From an uncultured Legionellales bacterium (GTDB lineage Bacteria > Pseudomonadota > Gammaproteobacteria > PIVX01): a stretch of 58,017 nt of DNA. This document shows positions 49,045-58,017 of this stretch, in pieces. The first letter of the stretch is position 1, and every line of letters begins with the position of its first letter. The stretch is from contig CAYGTQ010000003.1 of assembly GCA_964352915.1 (NCBI GenBank), positions 1-58,017 on the forward strand, read 5' to 3'. The notes below the pieces were generated by a model. That model was not told the origin of the DNA. It did not search any database and saw nothing but the letters and a program-made list of their open reading frames with translations. The translations under genes and the position numbers were made by a program.

Positions 49045-50163
49045 TTATGACATAGCGACCATTAAAGAGGTCACGCTGGCAAATCCTTGTAATGCAAACA
49101 ATCCAGAGTCTGTCTGCCCTTCATCCAAGCTTGTCTCTGGAAATCCTCTGGCATCAAGTCTTGTGACTAAATTACTTTGATCGCCTGCTTTGAATAAGCT
49201 CGACTGAAATAATGGCTGAAATACATTCTGTCTAATTGCTGTAGTTTCTAATTCTTCTTGTGATTGTCCCCAGGAAGAAGTTTGTTGAGCTTCTCCCAAT
49301 TCAGATTTTCTTTGCTCATCCATGTGGTTTTTCTTCCACCGACAATATCCATAAACCAATGCCGTTATCGATAGGCTGACAATAAGCCCTATGCCAAGAG
49401 TCAATGCAGCTACTGCAATATTAATACCGATACCTGCGGCCACACCAATTCCTACACCTGCAACACCCGATGATACCAGAGCCGCTTTAAATGATTTTCC
49501 AGCACGCCTTTGTGCCAAATCAAGCGCACGGTATTGTGAACCATACTCGATGTTATACTGCGTTCGCTCAACTAACTTTTCAGTGAAATCTTGTACAGCC
49601 GTAATAATTTCATTTTTTTTAGGTTGTGCTATAGCTTCTGGGTGATCTCTAAAACTTTCGGGGATACTAAAATGAATGTTATCAAGCGCAGTGAGATGTG
49701 AAAGAGCATGTCTTTTTTCATACAGCTGATAGGCCAATACCAATCTTAACATGTCATCAAATTCACGCATGCTGAGTTTATGATATGCCATGTTGCTGGA
49801 AGTAACGTCTTTAATCATCTCTTGAAACTCAATCATGAAACGATCTTTGAAATCCTCCAAGCCTGGCATGAAGTCACAGCGCATCAATTCAGTCTCCATA
49901 ATTTGAGGATTATAAATAGCGGCGATATAACTGATATCGAGCAATCCTTCTTCTTCAGTACTTAATCTCCTCGGTGCTGCGCTTGAATCTTGTGCTTTAC
50001 TGTCTAATGTTCTCTGAGCTATTCTATGAGTTCTCGCTTGCAGCTCAGTAATTTTTTTTGACAAAGTCTCAAATGCCCAGCGCTTATGTTTGGGCAAAGC
50101 CTTAAGAAAATCCTCCTTAGAGGATTTGCTAAAAGAAGACTTTTCAGAGCTCTTCTTGCCCAT
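49045..50163 (-). CDS. Hypothetical membrane protein with a ~48-aa glycine-rich hydrophobic domain (effector or Inc-like candidate)
   Basis: 372 aa. Ser/Lys-rich N-terminus, a helical soluble region, a long hydrophobic stretch (AALVSSGVAGVGIGVAAGIGINIAVAALTLGIGLIVSLSITALVYGY), and a polar C-terminal tail. I recognise no family. Confidence 0.6.
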   Translation of the reverse strand: MGKKSSEKSSFSKSSKEDFLKALPKHKRWAFETLSKKITELQARTHRIAQRTLDSKAQDSSAAPRRLSTEEEGLLDISYIAAIYNPQIMETELMRCDFMPGLEDFKDRFMIEFQEMIKDVTSSNMAYHKLSMREFDDMLRLVLAYQLYEKRHALSHLTALDNIHFSIPESFRDHPEAIAQPKKNEIITAVQDFTEKLVERTQYNIEYGSQYRALDLAQRRAGKSFKAALVSSGVAGVGIGVAAGIGINIAVAALTLGIGLIVSLSITALVYGYCRWKKNHMDEQRKSELGEAQQTSSWGQSQEELETTAIRQNVFQPLFQSSLFKAGDQSNLVTRLDARGFPETSLDEGQTDSGLFALQGFASVTSLMVAMS

Positions 50164-50376
50164 TTCTCGCCTACCCTAAATATATTTCGCCACAACCTTG
50201 CTCTGGCGAGCCATCCATAGACTTATTATCGACCAAATTGGGTGTTATTTTAGCTCAGCTGCGCCATAAATGACAAATGGGGTGAGAGCCACATCTTATT
50301 AATTATAAAATGTGTTTAAAATCAATAATTTAAATTGATGAGCTTCATAAATATACAGATGCCATATTCTCTCCAT

Positions 50377-50392
50377 CTGCTCAGAACGAAGC
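50377..50392. repeat. Right copy of a 16-nt direct repeat CTGCTCAGAA(T/C)GAAGC
   Basis: See 48630-48645. Confidence 0.6.
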
Positions 50393-50574
50393 TTTTCATC
50401 GGATGAGTCACACGGCTAAGCTTGTTCAGTGCCAAAAAATCCGATGTGTCTTTTTATGCAAAATCTTGGCCTGGAAGTCATCTGAATCCACGCCTGGCAA
50501 CAGTTCATTTCTATCATGAGATCTGAACAAGATAGACTCAAAACTGGGTGATGAGGTGGAACGAAAAAATCAAA

Positions 50575-51519
50575 TCAGGCCCTATCCATCGAAAAAGCCA
50601 TCACCGACTCTATATGCGAAGAATCGGTGACCACCATCAATAAGCGCTCGATACCAAGGGCTACGCCCGCACAAGCTGGCATATGATCAAGACAAGCCAG
50701 GAAAGCTTCATCCAAAGGGAGCGTGGGCAAACCATGTTGCTGTCTGTACTCATTATCGGCTTCAAATCGCTGGCGCTGCACACGGCTTGAAGTCAGCTCA
50801 TGAAAACCATTGGCAAGCTCTAAGCCATGCCAATAAAGCTCAAAGCGCTCAGCTACCCGGGGATCCTCAAGTGATGTTCGAGCAAGTGCTGCTTGGCTAG
50901 CAGGGTAATTACAGACAAATATAGGCATGTCATGCCCAAGCTTCTTTTCAATGCAATGCGTCATGAGCAAATCAAGAAGCTCATCTTTATCAAAAGACTC
51001 AAGCGCATCCACAACAATACCTTGCTTTTTGACAAGTTGCAGACATTGCTCTGCCGTTGCATTCAGTACATCACAATCGAAATATTGTTTGAACAAATTT
51101 TGATAAGTGATGCGCGTGGTGTGACTGACGTTAAAAACTGCTTGCAAAAGCTCTGCCATTTCATCCATCAATTGATGATGATCGTAGCCTGGCTGATACC
51201 ATTCAAGCATGCTAAATTCCGGATTATGACGCACACCTCTCTCATCACTCCGAAATGCATGGCCAATTTGATAAATGGCACCGCTGCCAGCAGCCAGCAG
51301 GCGCTTCATATGAAATTCAGGTGAGCTTTGCAAATAATAAGTATCGCGGGCAATGGGCACTTCAATGCTGGCAATGTGTGGATCGGTAATGGTGTGAGGA
51401 GACAGCAGTGGCGTCATCACTTCTATCACATTTTTTTCTTGAAAAAAATCACGAATGCTTTGTATATAGCGCGCACGATACCTGAGCATATCCATTGAAA
51501 AGCTTGGCTGCCAATCCAT
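50575..51519 (-). CDS. epmA: Elongation factor P-(R)-beta-lysine ligase
   Basis: Truncated class II LysRS-like protein of 314 aa (LQSSPEFHMKRLL, FRSDERGVRHNPEFSMLEWY, GVALGIERL). Confidence 0.92.
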   Translation of the reverse strand: MDWQPSFSMDMLRYRARYIQSIRDFFQEKNVIEVMTPLLSPHTITDPHIASIEVPIARDTYYLQSSPEFHMKRLLAAGSGAIYQIGHAFRSDERGVRHNPEFSMLEWYQPGYDHHQLMDEMAELLQAVFNVSHTTRITYQNLFKQYFDCDVLNATAEQCLQLVKKQGIVVDALESFDKDELLDLLMTHCIEKKLGHDMPIFVCNYPASQAALARTSLEDPRVAERFELYWHGLELANGFHELTSSRVQRQRFEADNEYRQQHGLPTLPLDEAFLACLDHMPACAGVALGIERLLMVVTDSSHIESVMAFSMDRA

Positions 51520-51521
51520 TG

Positions 51522-51965
51522 TTATTCGGTGGTCACAGGTAAATCATCATCTTGCAATGCAGCTTGTAAGGTATGCCAAGCAAGGCTTGCGCATTTCACG
51601 CGTGCAGGATAACTCTTTACCCCTGCCAGTACGTTTAATTTGCCCAACAGCTCCAATGACACGACACCATCTTCAGTCAGCAAGCTATGCATTGCCTGAA
51701 AAATCTTTCTTGCCTGATCCAAGCTTTTTCCCATCAAGGCACTGGTCATCATAGAGGCCGATGCTTTTGAAATGGCACAACCATCACCTGTGAAAGCTAT
51801 GTCCACCACATAATCGTTTTCTATGGTCAAATAAAGGCTTAAATGATCACCACACAAAGGGTTATGACCTTGTTTCACCACCGAAGCACCAGGGATTTCC
51901 CGATAATTTTTAGGGTGACGGTTATGATCAAGGATCAGCTCTTGGTATAAATCACGTAAATCCAT
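51522..51965 (-). CDS. sufU: SUF-system Fe-S scaffold/sulfur acceptor, SufU/IscU-like
   Basis: NifU N-terminal fold with three conserved Cys (NPLCGD, GCAISKAS, KCASLAW). The ATG at 51965 shares one base with the sufS stop. Confidence 0.88.
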   Translation of the reverse strand: MDLRDLYQELILDHNRHPKNYREIPGASVVKQGHNPLCGDHLSLYLTIENDYVVDIAFTGDGCAISKASASMMTSALMGKSLDQARKIFQAMHSLLTEDGVVSLELLGKLNVLAGVKSYPARVKCASLAWHTLQAALQDDDLPVTTE

Positions 51966-53197
51966 CACACCCCCAAAACACGTTTGCATTCATGCAGGCT
52001 CTGTACCAAAACGTCGACATCATGCAAAGTATTGTATACACCTAATGAGGCTCGCACCGTAGCAGGTACTTGATAACGCTGCATCACAGGCATAGCACAG
52101 TGGTGGCCTGTGCGTACAGCAATACCTTGGCTGTCTAAAATAGTTCCTATATCATGCGCATGAATACCCTCTAATGTAAAAGATAAAATACCGCAGTTGT
52201 TGTCGCGATCGCCAAGCAAGTGCACAAAAGGCAACGCCTCAAGCTTATCGCGAGCATCAAGGTACAAAACTCTCTCATGCTCATAGACAGCAGCCAACCC
52301 TAGGCTTTCCAAAAAATCAATGGCAGCTGTAAGCCCTACCACGCCCGCAATGTTGGGCGTGCCAGCTTCAAATTTATACGGTGCTTCTTGGTAAGTGGAC
52401 TTATCAAAACTGACTGTCGCAATCATGTCACCACCACCTTGATAAGGCACCATCTCATTCAAATGTTCTGCTTTAGCATACAAGACACCAATGCCTGTAG
52501 GACCATACATTTTATGCCCTGAAAAAGCATAAAAATCACAATCCAAGGTGGTGACATCAATAGGCATATGCGGGGCTGCTTGGGCACCATCGACCAACAC
52601 CGGCACACCTACTTTTTTAGCCATCGCCACCATGTCCAAAATAGGGTGAATACTGCCCAAAGCATTGGAGGCATGTGATAAGGCAACAAAAGCAGGGTTG
52701 GCGTTGAGCTTTTTCTGATAATCATCCAGATCGATGCGCCCATCATCAGTGATGGCTACTGCCACAACTTTGGCACCTTGAGTTTCGCAAACCATTTGCC
52801 AAGGCACAATGTTGGCATGATGCTCCATATGAGTCACGATAACAGCATCACCTGGCTTCAACCTTGGCTTAACAAAGCTTTGCGCCACCAAATTAATGGC
52901 TTCTGTGGTGCCACGGCAAAACACAATTTCTTGAAAAGAAGGGGCTTCGATGAATTGCTGCACACGCTTGCGGCCTGTCTCATAAAGATCGGTTGCTCGC
53001 ATACTTAATGTGTGCACACCACGGTGGATGTTAGCGTTGTCATGCGTGTAATAATGGCTGATGGCATCAATCACACTTTGTGGCTTTTGGGTCGTAGCAG
53101 CATTGTCGAGATACACCAAAGGTTTCTCATGGATGTGTGAAGCCAAAATAGGAAATTTACAGCGCAAATCCTGCGTCAGTTGACAACCCAGCGACAT
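51965..53197 (-). CDS. sufS: Cysteine desulfurase SufS
   Basis: PLP-Lys motif SGHKMYGPTGIG and the group II active-site loop RTGHHCA. Confidence 0.95.
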   Translation of the reverse strand: MSLGCQLTQDLRCKFPILASHIHEKPLVYLDNAATTQKPQSVIDAISHYYTHDNANIHRGVHTLSMRATDLYETGRKRVQQFIEAPSFQEIVFCRGTTEAINLVAQSFVKPRLKPGDAVIVTHMEHHANIVPWQMVCETQGAKVVAVAITDDGRIDLDDYQKKLNANPAFVALSHASNALGSIHPILDMVAMAKKVGVPVLVDGAQAAPHMPIDVTTLDCDFYAFSGHKMYGPTGIGVLYAKAEHLNEMVPYQGGGDMIATVSFDKSTYQEAPYKFEAGTPNIAGVVGLTAAIDFLESLGLAAVYEHERVLYLDARDKLEALPFVHLLGDRDNNCGILSFTLEGIHAHDIGTILDSQGIAVRTGHHCAMPVMQRYQVPATVRASLGVYNTLHDVDVLVQSLHECKRVLGV

Positions 53198-54480
53198 TAA
53201 ATAAATTCCTTCGACAGTTGGGCAATGGCACCTTGGGAGCGACTGGAAAACAAATCAGCGACATCTTGCGCTGCACGCTTCACCTTGATGTTGGACCAGA
53301 GACTTTCAGCAAAAGCATGCAATAACAACGCTTGGGCCTGCTCTACAGTCATGCCACGACTTTGTAGATAAAAAAGCGCATCACGCTCAAGCTGACCAAC
53401 CGTAGCGCCGTGGCGGCACACGACATCGTCATTTAAAATTTCAAGTTGTGGTTTGCTAAAAATAGCTGCCTCATCGGATAAGAGTAAATTCTTGTTAAGT
53501 TGTAAAGCTTCAGTGTTATGAGCTCCTGGTGCTACTTGAATTTTACCGTCAAAAACACCCTGACCACGCTGCCATGCCAAACCACGATAATGTTGGTCAC
53601 TGCGACAATGTGCAACCTCATGTCGTACTGTAATATGATTGGCAACCTGCTGATTGCCTCCTGCCAGAAACAGGCCCTGTAACTGACATTGTGCATGCTC
53701 ACCTTGTAAATGAACTTGCAAAGCATCGCGCGTCATTTGACTGCCCATGGCCAACACAAAGCGTTGATAGCGACTGTGAGATGACTGCTCCACCACGGTA
53801 TGGGACAAATGATGACTCGCTGTCGATTCATTGATGATTTTAATATGAGTCAAATCAGCATAAGGAGCTAACACAATCTGAGTCATACTGTTGTGCAGAT
53901 AATTTTTATCATCATCACCTATCGCATACTCGACTAGAGTAACTTTAGCCTTTGGTTTTAAATGAATACGGTGACGCAGATGACTGTCATGATGATTGTG
54001 ATCATGCACATGCATCAAGTAAACAGGCTCAGTCACATGAATGTCTTCAGGGAAAGCTAATACGTAACCATCTTGCATCAGTGCTGTGTTCATCGCCAAC
54101 ATTGCTTGCTTTTGCCAACTGGCCTGGGCCAACCATGCTTGAGGCGAGGCGCCTTCAAGTTGAGAACGGGTAGAGCTCAACCAGCTTTGCTGCTGCCAGT
54201 CAGATGAAGATAACTCATGACAAAACTCGCCATTGTGCAACACCACATGTGGCACCAAGTCTTTGGGCAGACCCGGCTTAGAAGAGCTCTTTTTAGAGGT
54301 AAACATCTGTTCTTTTAAAGCACGCAACGATACATATTTCCATGCTTCATCGCGACGGGTGGGAAAACCTTGTTGACAAAACGTATCCCAGGCCTGCTGA
54401 CGCAAAGCCTGAAGCCAAGGCGCATCTCCTGGTAAGGTTTGTTGGCGTGCCGAATAAGCTTCGTGTAATTGTGCGCTCAT
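53197..54480 (-). CDS. sufD: Fe-S cluster assembly protein SufD
   Basis: 427 aa. The beta-helix core is related to SufB, with a conserved C-terminal part (SKPQLEI..DDV.C.HGATVGQL...LFYL.SRG). It lies between sufC and sufS. Confidence 0.9.
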   Translation of the reverse strand: MSAQLHEAYSARQQTLPGDAPWLQALRQQAWDTFCQQGFPTRRDEAWKYVSLRALKEQMFTSKKSSSKPGLPKDLVPHVVLHNGEFCHELSSSDWQQQSWLSSTRSQLEGASPQAWLAQASWQKQAMLAMNTALMQDGYVLAFPEDIHVTEPVYLMHVHDHNHHDSHLRHRIHLKPKAKVTLVEYAIGDDDKNYLHNSMTQIVLAPYADLTHIKIINESTASHHLSHTVVEQSSHSRYQRFVLAMGSQMTRDALQVHLQGEHAQCQLQGLFLAGGNQQVANHITVRHEVAHCRSDQHYRGLAWQRGQGVFDGKIQVAPGAHNTEALQLNKNLLLSDEAAIFSKPQLEILNDDVVCRHGATVGQLERDALFYLQSRGMTVEQAQALLLHAFAESLWSNIKVKRAAQDVADLFSSRSQGAIAQLSKEFI

Positions 54481-55247
54481 GCTGATTCTCTGCGGGGAAT
54501 CGCCGCATCAGCCAACACGGCTTGATAACCGTCTTGCTCCAGCTGCAACGCCAAATCATAACCACCTGAGCGCACAATTTTTCCTTGAGCCAAGACATGC
54601 ACATGATCGGGACGGATGTAACTTAAAAGCCTTGGATAATGGGTCACTATTAGAAATGAGCGCTTGCCATCACGCAAATTTTCGACATTTTTAGAAATGA
54701 TTTGCAGTGCATCGATGTCCAGACCTGAATCGATTTCATCTAAAATTACAAATTGTGGATCAAGCAAAAGCAATTGCAGAATTTCATTGCGCTTTTTTTC
54801 ACCCCCTGAAAAGCCATCGTTCAGTGCGCGATATAAAAAAGACTCATCCATATCCAACGCCACCAAATGACGTTTGACTTCATCCAAAAACTCCACAGCA
54901 TCAAACTCAGGTTTTTTTTGTGCGCGCCGCACCTGGTTGCAGGCTTCTTTTAAAAATTGAATGTTGCTCACGCCTGGAATAACCACTGGATACTGAAACG
55001 CCATAAAAAGACCACGTCTAGCACGCTCATCCACTGCCATCGCCAATAAGTCCTGCCCCATCCAATCAATCTGGCCACCGCTGACTTCATAGTCACCCTG
55101 GCCTGCCAGTACATTGGACAAGGTACTTTTACCAGAACCATTAGGTCCCATAATAGCATGCACTTCACCTGGTTTTATCTCCAGATCAATGCCTCTTAGA
55201 ATAGGCTTCTCATCCACTGCAACTGATAAAGCTTTGATTGATAACAT
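54477..55247 (-). CDS. sufC: Fe-S cluster assembly ATPase SufC
   Basis: Walker A GPNGSGKST, signature FSGGEKKR, Walker B ILDEIDSGLD. Confidence 0.96.
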   Translation of the reverse strand: MLSIKALSVAVDEKPILRGIDLEIKPGEVHAIMGPNGSGKSTLSNVLAGQGDYEVSGGQIDWMGQDLLAMAVDERARRGLFMAFQYPVVIPGVSNIQFLKEACNQVRRAQKKPEFDAVEFLDEVKRHLVALDMDESFLYRALNDGFSGGEKKRNEILQLLLLDPQFVILDEIDSGLDIDALQIISKNVENLRDGKRSFLIVTHYPRLLSYIRPDHVHVLAQGKIVRSGGYDLALQLEQDGYQAVLADAAIPRRESA

Positions 55248-55260
55248 CGTCTACCTCTTC

Positions 55261-56706
55261 TTAACCAATACTGCCTTCTAAACTTATGCCAAGCAGTTTC
55301 TGTGCTTCAACAGCAAACTCCATGGGCAATACTTTGATCACTTCCTTGCAGAAGCCATTAACGATCATCGATACCGCAGCCTCTGTATCAATACCACGCT
55401 GCTGACAATAAAATAATTGATCATCACTGATGCGCGATGTGGTGGCTTCATGCTCAACTTGGGCGCTGGTATTTTTTGATTCAATATATGGGTAAGTGTG
55501 CGCTTGACAGCGCTCGCCCAAAAGCAATGAATCACACTGAGTATAATTACGGGCCCCTTGCGCTGTCGGCAAGATTCGTACCAAACCTCGGTAAGCATTG
55601 TGCGAACGCCCTGCAGAAATCCCTTTAGAGATGATGGTGCTACTTGTGTTTTTACCTATGTGAATCATCTTGGTACCTGTATCGGCTTGTTGATAGTTAT
55701 TAGTCAAAGCCACCGAATAAAATTCACCTACAGAGTCTTCAGCTTTGAGCACCACACTGGGGTACTTCCAAGTGATGGCAGAACCTGTTTCAATTTGAGT
55801 CCAGGATATTTTACTTTTTTTACCCGCACACAAACCACGCTTGGTAACAAAATTATAAATACCGCCTTTGCCCTCTGCATCACCTGGATACCAATTTTGT
55901 ACCGTAGAATATTTAATTTCAGCACGTGTATTGGCCACCAACTCGACCACAGCGGCATGCAATTGATTTTCATCGCGCATCGGCGCCGTGCATCCTTCCA
56001 GGTAACTGACGTAGCTGTCGTCATCAGCAACAATCAGCGTTCGCTCAAACTGGCCAGTCTTGGCAGCATTGATGCGAAAATAAGTAGAGAGCTCCATAGG
56101 GCAACGCACACCTTTGGGAATGTACACAAAAGAACCATCGCTGAACACAGCTGAATTGAGCGCCGCATAAAAATTATCACGCACTGGGACAACACTGCCA
56201 AGGTAGGTTCTCACAAGTTCAGGATGCTTCTGCACAGCTTCTGAGAAAGGACAGAAAATAACCCCTGCTTTGGCCAGCTTATCTTTAAAAGTGGTGGCTA
56301 CCGACACGCTGTCAAACACGGCATCTACTGCGACACCTGCCAGCATTTTTTGCTCATACAACGGAATACCCAGTTTCTCATAAGTACGCAATAATTCAGG
56401 ATCGACTTCATCTAAACTTTTAGGCCCCTCAGCTTGAGATTTTGGTGCTGAGTAATAAGCCATGTCTTGAAAATCAATGGGTGGATAATGCACACTCGAC
56501 CACTTAGGCTCCTCCAAAGTTGTCCAATGATGGTATGCCTGCAAGCGCCACTGCAACAGCCAATCCGGCTCTGCTTTTTTTTGTGAAATGTAGCGCACCA
56601 CAGTTTCACTCAAGCCGTTGGCAAGGGTGTCCGCATCAATGTCTGAGACAAAACCGTGCTGATAGCCTTTCTCAATGATGTGATTTAATTCAGCACTGTC
56701 GCTCAT
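55261..56706 (-). CDS. sufB: Fe-S cluster assembly scaffold SufB
   Basis: 481 aa and highly conserved throughout ([41 protein letters not shown]). Confidence 0.96.
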   Translation of the reverse strand: MSDSAELNHIIEKGYQHGFVSDIDADTLANGLSETVVRYISQKKAEPDWLLQWRLQAYHHWTTLEEPKWSSVHYPPIDFQDMAYYSAPKSQAEGPKSLDEVDPELLRTYEKLGIPLYEQKMLAGVAVDAVFDSVSVATTFKDKLAKAGVIFCPFSEAVQKHPELVRTYLGSVVPVRDNFYAALNSAVFSDGSFVYIPKGVRCPMELSTYFRINAAKTGQFERTLIVADDDSYVSYLEGCTAPMRDENQLHAAVVELVANTRAEIKYSTVQNWYPGDAEGKGGIYNFVTKRGLCAGKKSKISWTQIETGSAITWKYPSVVLKAEDSVGEFYSVALTNNYQQADTGTKMIHIGKNTSSTIISKGISAGRSHNAYRGLVRILPTAQGARNYTQCDSLLLGERCQAHTYPYIESKNTSAQVEHEATTSRISDDQLFYCQQRGIDTEAAVSMIVNGFCKEVIKVLPMEFAVEAQKLLGISLEGSIG

Positions 56707-57182
56707 AGAGCTCTCTCCTGTATATCTCTTACAGCTGCCATCTTTGCAGGCTGCGCAGTTCGAGTTGGTTGGTGGGATTGATGACTCTTTGTAAGCAGCT
56801 CAAGAGTGATACCATCCAAAGCCTGATGCACCTTTTGATGGATCAAGCGCCAATGCTCACTGACACCACAGTAAGGCTCAAGTGCGCATTCATTGTCTTC
56901 ACTGCTACACTCCGTCAGAGCCAAAGGTCCGTCAATACTCTCCAAGATTTGCACCAGAGAAATTGAAGGCGCTGCACGCTTTAAGGCATAACCTCCCTGG
57001 ACACCCAATTCTGAGCGCAAAAGACCAGCAAAAGTTAATTTTTTAAGCAATTTAGTCGCTGTTGGCTCAGACACATGCGTTGCTTGTGCAATCGCTTTAG
57101 CCTGACAAAGCTTGTCTGGACTCTGGGCTAAGTGAGCCATGATGACCGTAGCGTAGTCAGCTAAGCGACTGATTTTCAACAT
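56703..57182 (-). CDS. Rrf2-family transcriptional regulator (IscR/SufR-like, probable Fe-S sensor)
   Basis: Begins [15 protein letters not shown], a typical Rrf2 wHTH N-terminus. A Cys triad C-x6-C-x5-C ([14 protein letters not shown]) is present. The stop overlaps the sufB start. I reject the 91-codon upstream extension in the ORF track. Confidence 0.88.
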   Translation of the reverse strand: MLKISRLADYATVIMAHLAQSPDKLCQAKAIAQATHVSEPTATKLLKKLTFAGLLRSELGVQGGYALKRAAPSISLVQILESIDGPLALTECSSEDNECALEPYCGVSEHWRLIHQKVHQALDGITLELLTKSHQSHQPTRTAQPAKMAAVRDIQERAL

Positions 57183-57202
57183 AACGCGAACCTCTCTAAT
57201 TA

Positions 57203-57236
57203 GCACTAATTTAGTCCTACCTTGTAAAAAAGTCAA
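57203..57236 (-). promoter_or_regulatory. Putative sigma70 promoter of the Rrf2-suf operon, with an overlapping dyad (candidate Rrf2/IscR box)
   Basis: On the minus strand: TTGACT (57236-57231), 17 nt, TAAATT (57213-57208), then AGAGAGG and ATG. The dyad GGACTAAATTAGTGC (57217-57203) overlaps the -10 element and resembles the GACT-N5-AGTC core of IscR type-1 sites. Confidence 0.5.
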
Positions 57237-57590
57237 CCCTTGAGGCAACAAGACGCTTGCATTGCAAGCGTTAGTAGATAAACGTGACGATAGGCTGATC
57301 CTAACACCCTGCCAAGATTGGATACAGATACAAGGAAATAAGTTGACGTACACGTTGCCCCATTGGTTAGATGTGAATATAAAGCAAAAAGTCGAGGTAT
57401 ACACTGCGCAATGATCAACACAGCATAATTTTATACTAAGACGATGCCTGCGCATGTCAATGCTTGTGAACCCAAAGACTTCGTAAGCGCAAATCTAAAT
57501 TAACAAAGAGACCTTGAGATAACTTATTCTGAATGAGGTATGATGGCTCATATTGAACCCTGGACAATATAAGCAAATAAAGGAGTAAAA

Positions 57591-57941
57591 ATGGATACGC
57601 TGAAAATTTATAATCTTACATTTGAGACATTTTTAGGTATTCATGAATGGGAGCAGACTTCTCGCCAGAATGTGGTGGTAAATTTAGATCTCATCATAGA
57701 TGCTGATATTCTGGCAAAAGAAGACAACATCGAACAAGCCATTAATTATGATGAGGTTATCGCCATGCTCAAAACATTCTTATACGATCGCCATACTCAA
57801 TTACTCGAAACCTTAACCCAACAAATGGCTGAGTTGGTTATGACGCACAAGAACGTTCAACAGTTACGCATTCAAGTTATTAAGCCCCAAGCCTTAACCC
57901 AAGGGCAAGTATCTGTCAGCATAGAGCGCTCTAACGTTTAA
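57591..57941 (+). CDS. folB: Dihydroneopterin aldolase
   Basis: 116 aa with FolB motifs (GIHEWEQTSRQNVVVNLDL, INYDEV). RBS AGGAG lies upstream. Confidence 0.9.
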   Translation: MDTLKIYNLTFETFLGIHEWEQTSRQNVVVNLDLIIDADILAKEDNIEQAINYDEVIAMLKTFLYDRHTQLLETLTQQMAELVMTHKNVQQLRIQVIKPQALTQGQVSVSIERSNV

Positions 57942-58017
57942 TTAAAAGCGCCTTGTAATTTTTATGCAGCAAACGACCACGCTCAACTTCTGCCAAATGG
58001 CGATTGGTGTAGATCTT

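Noticed and set aside
48741-49180. ORFs of 96 aa (minus strand) and 85 aa (plus strand) in the gap after the ureohydrolase gene.
   Set aside because: They overlap each other, have no RBS or recognisable motif, and one overlaps the 3' end of the 372-aa gene. I treat them as non-coding, although the gap itself is flagged in the island finding.
50893-51324. 143-aa ORF on the plus strand.
   Set aside because: It is antisense inside epmA and has no motif.
55558-56154. 198-aa ORF on the plus strand.
   Set aside because: It lies entirely antisense within the highly conserved sufB and its composition is odd. It is a shadow ORF.
57183-57455. 91-codon N-terminal extension of the Rrf2 regulator ORF.
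   Set aside because: Rrf2 proteins start at the wHTH region ([10 protein letters not shown]...). The extension is Cys/Phe-rich nonsense, and it overlies the predicted promoter and RBS.
1-58017. Searched by eye for rRNA, tRNA, tmRNA-like ends, CRISPR-style regularly spaced repeats, transposase, integrase or phage genes.
   Set aside because: No intergenic region showed tRNA-like T-arm motifs or regularly spaced repeats, and no ORF had transposase, integrase or phage hallmarks. A manual scan can miss small RNAs, so tRNAscan-SE and Infernal should confirm this.
57931-58017. Open minus-strand frame running off the 3' window edge (...KIYTNRHLAEVERGRLLHKNYKALLIKR*), overlapping the folB stop.
   Set aside because: Only 28 codons are visible and I cannot assign a family, so there is too little evidence to call a gene.

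Overview
The window is mostly conserved housekeeping DNA from a gammaproteobacterium, at roughly 40-45% GC by eye. The species is not identified. Gene content and several decayed genes suggest a host-associated, Legionellales-like lifestyle, but that is inference.

Syntenic core blocks:
- envC-ctpA
- thyA-lgt-(TauE)-ptsP-rppH
- dapB
- rpe
- a compatible-solute ABC importer, then coq7
- prfA-hemA
- hemE, an AAA+/SPOR protein and aroK, followed by pilQPONM, with mrcA divergent from pilM
- ubiA and marC
- tamB-tamA
- hsp20
- folK-pcnB
- a four-gene arginine-succinyltransferase-type operon
- epmA
- Rrf2-sufBCDS-sufU, with folB divergent

I found no rRNA, tRNA, CRISPR array, transposase or prophage genes.

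Accessory or unusual parts:
1. An AT-rich insert between dapB and rpe (9.2-12.0 kb). It carries two paralogous signal-peptide proteins with a PD-(D/E)xK-like beta-hairpin motif, flanking a small exported protein. This is my best candidate for an undescribed system.
2. A non-canonical AST operon in which a ureohydrolase and an M20 deacylase stand where astB and astE would be.
3. A 1.7-kb segment bounded by a 16-nt direct repeat, encoding an orphan protein with a long glycine-rich hydrophobic domain.
4. An 18-bp perfect inverted repeat enclosing 254 bp of non-coding DNA between coq7 and the ABC importer.
5. Three independently decayed AAA+/DUF4143 ATPase genes and a decayed secreted alpha/beta-hydrolase gene.
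6. A PAS protein with a degenerate GGDEF domain.

All functional calls come from reading motifs in the supplied translations. No database search was run.
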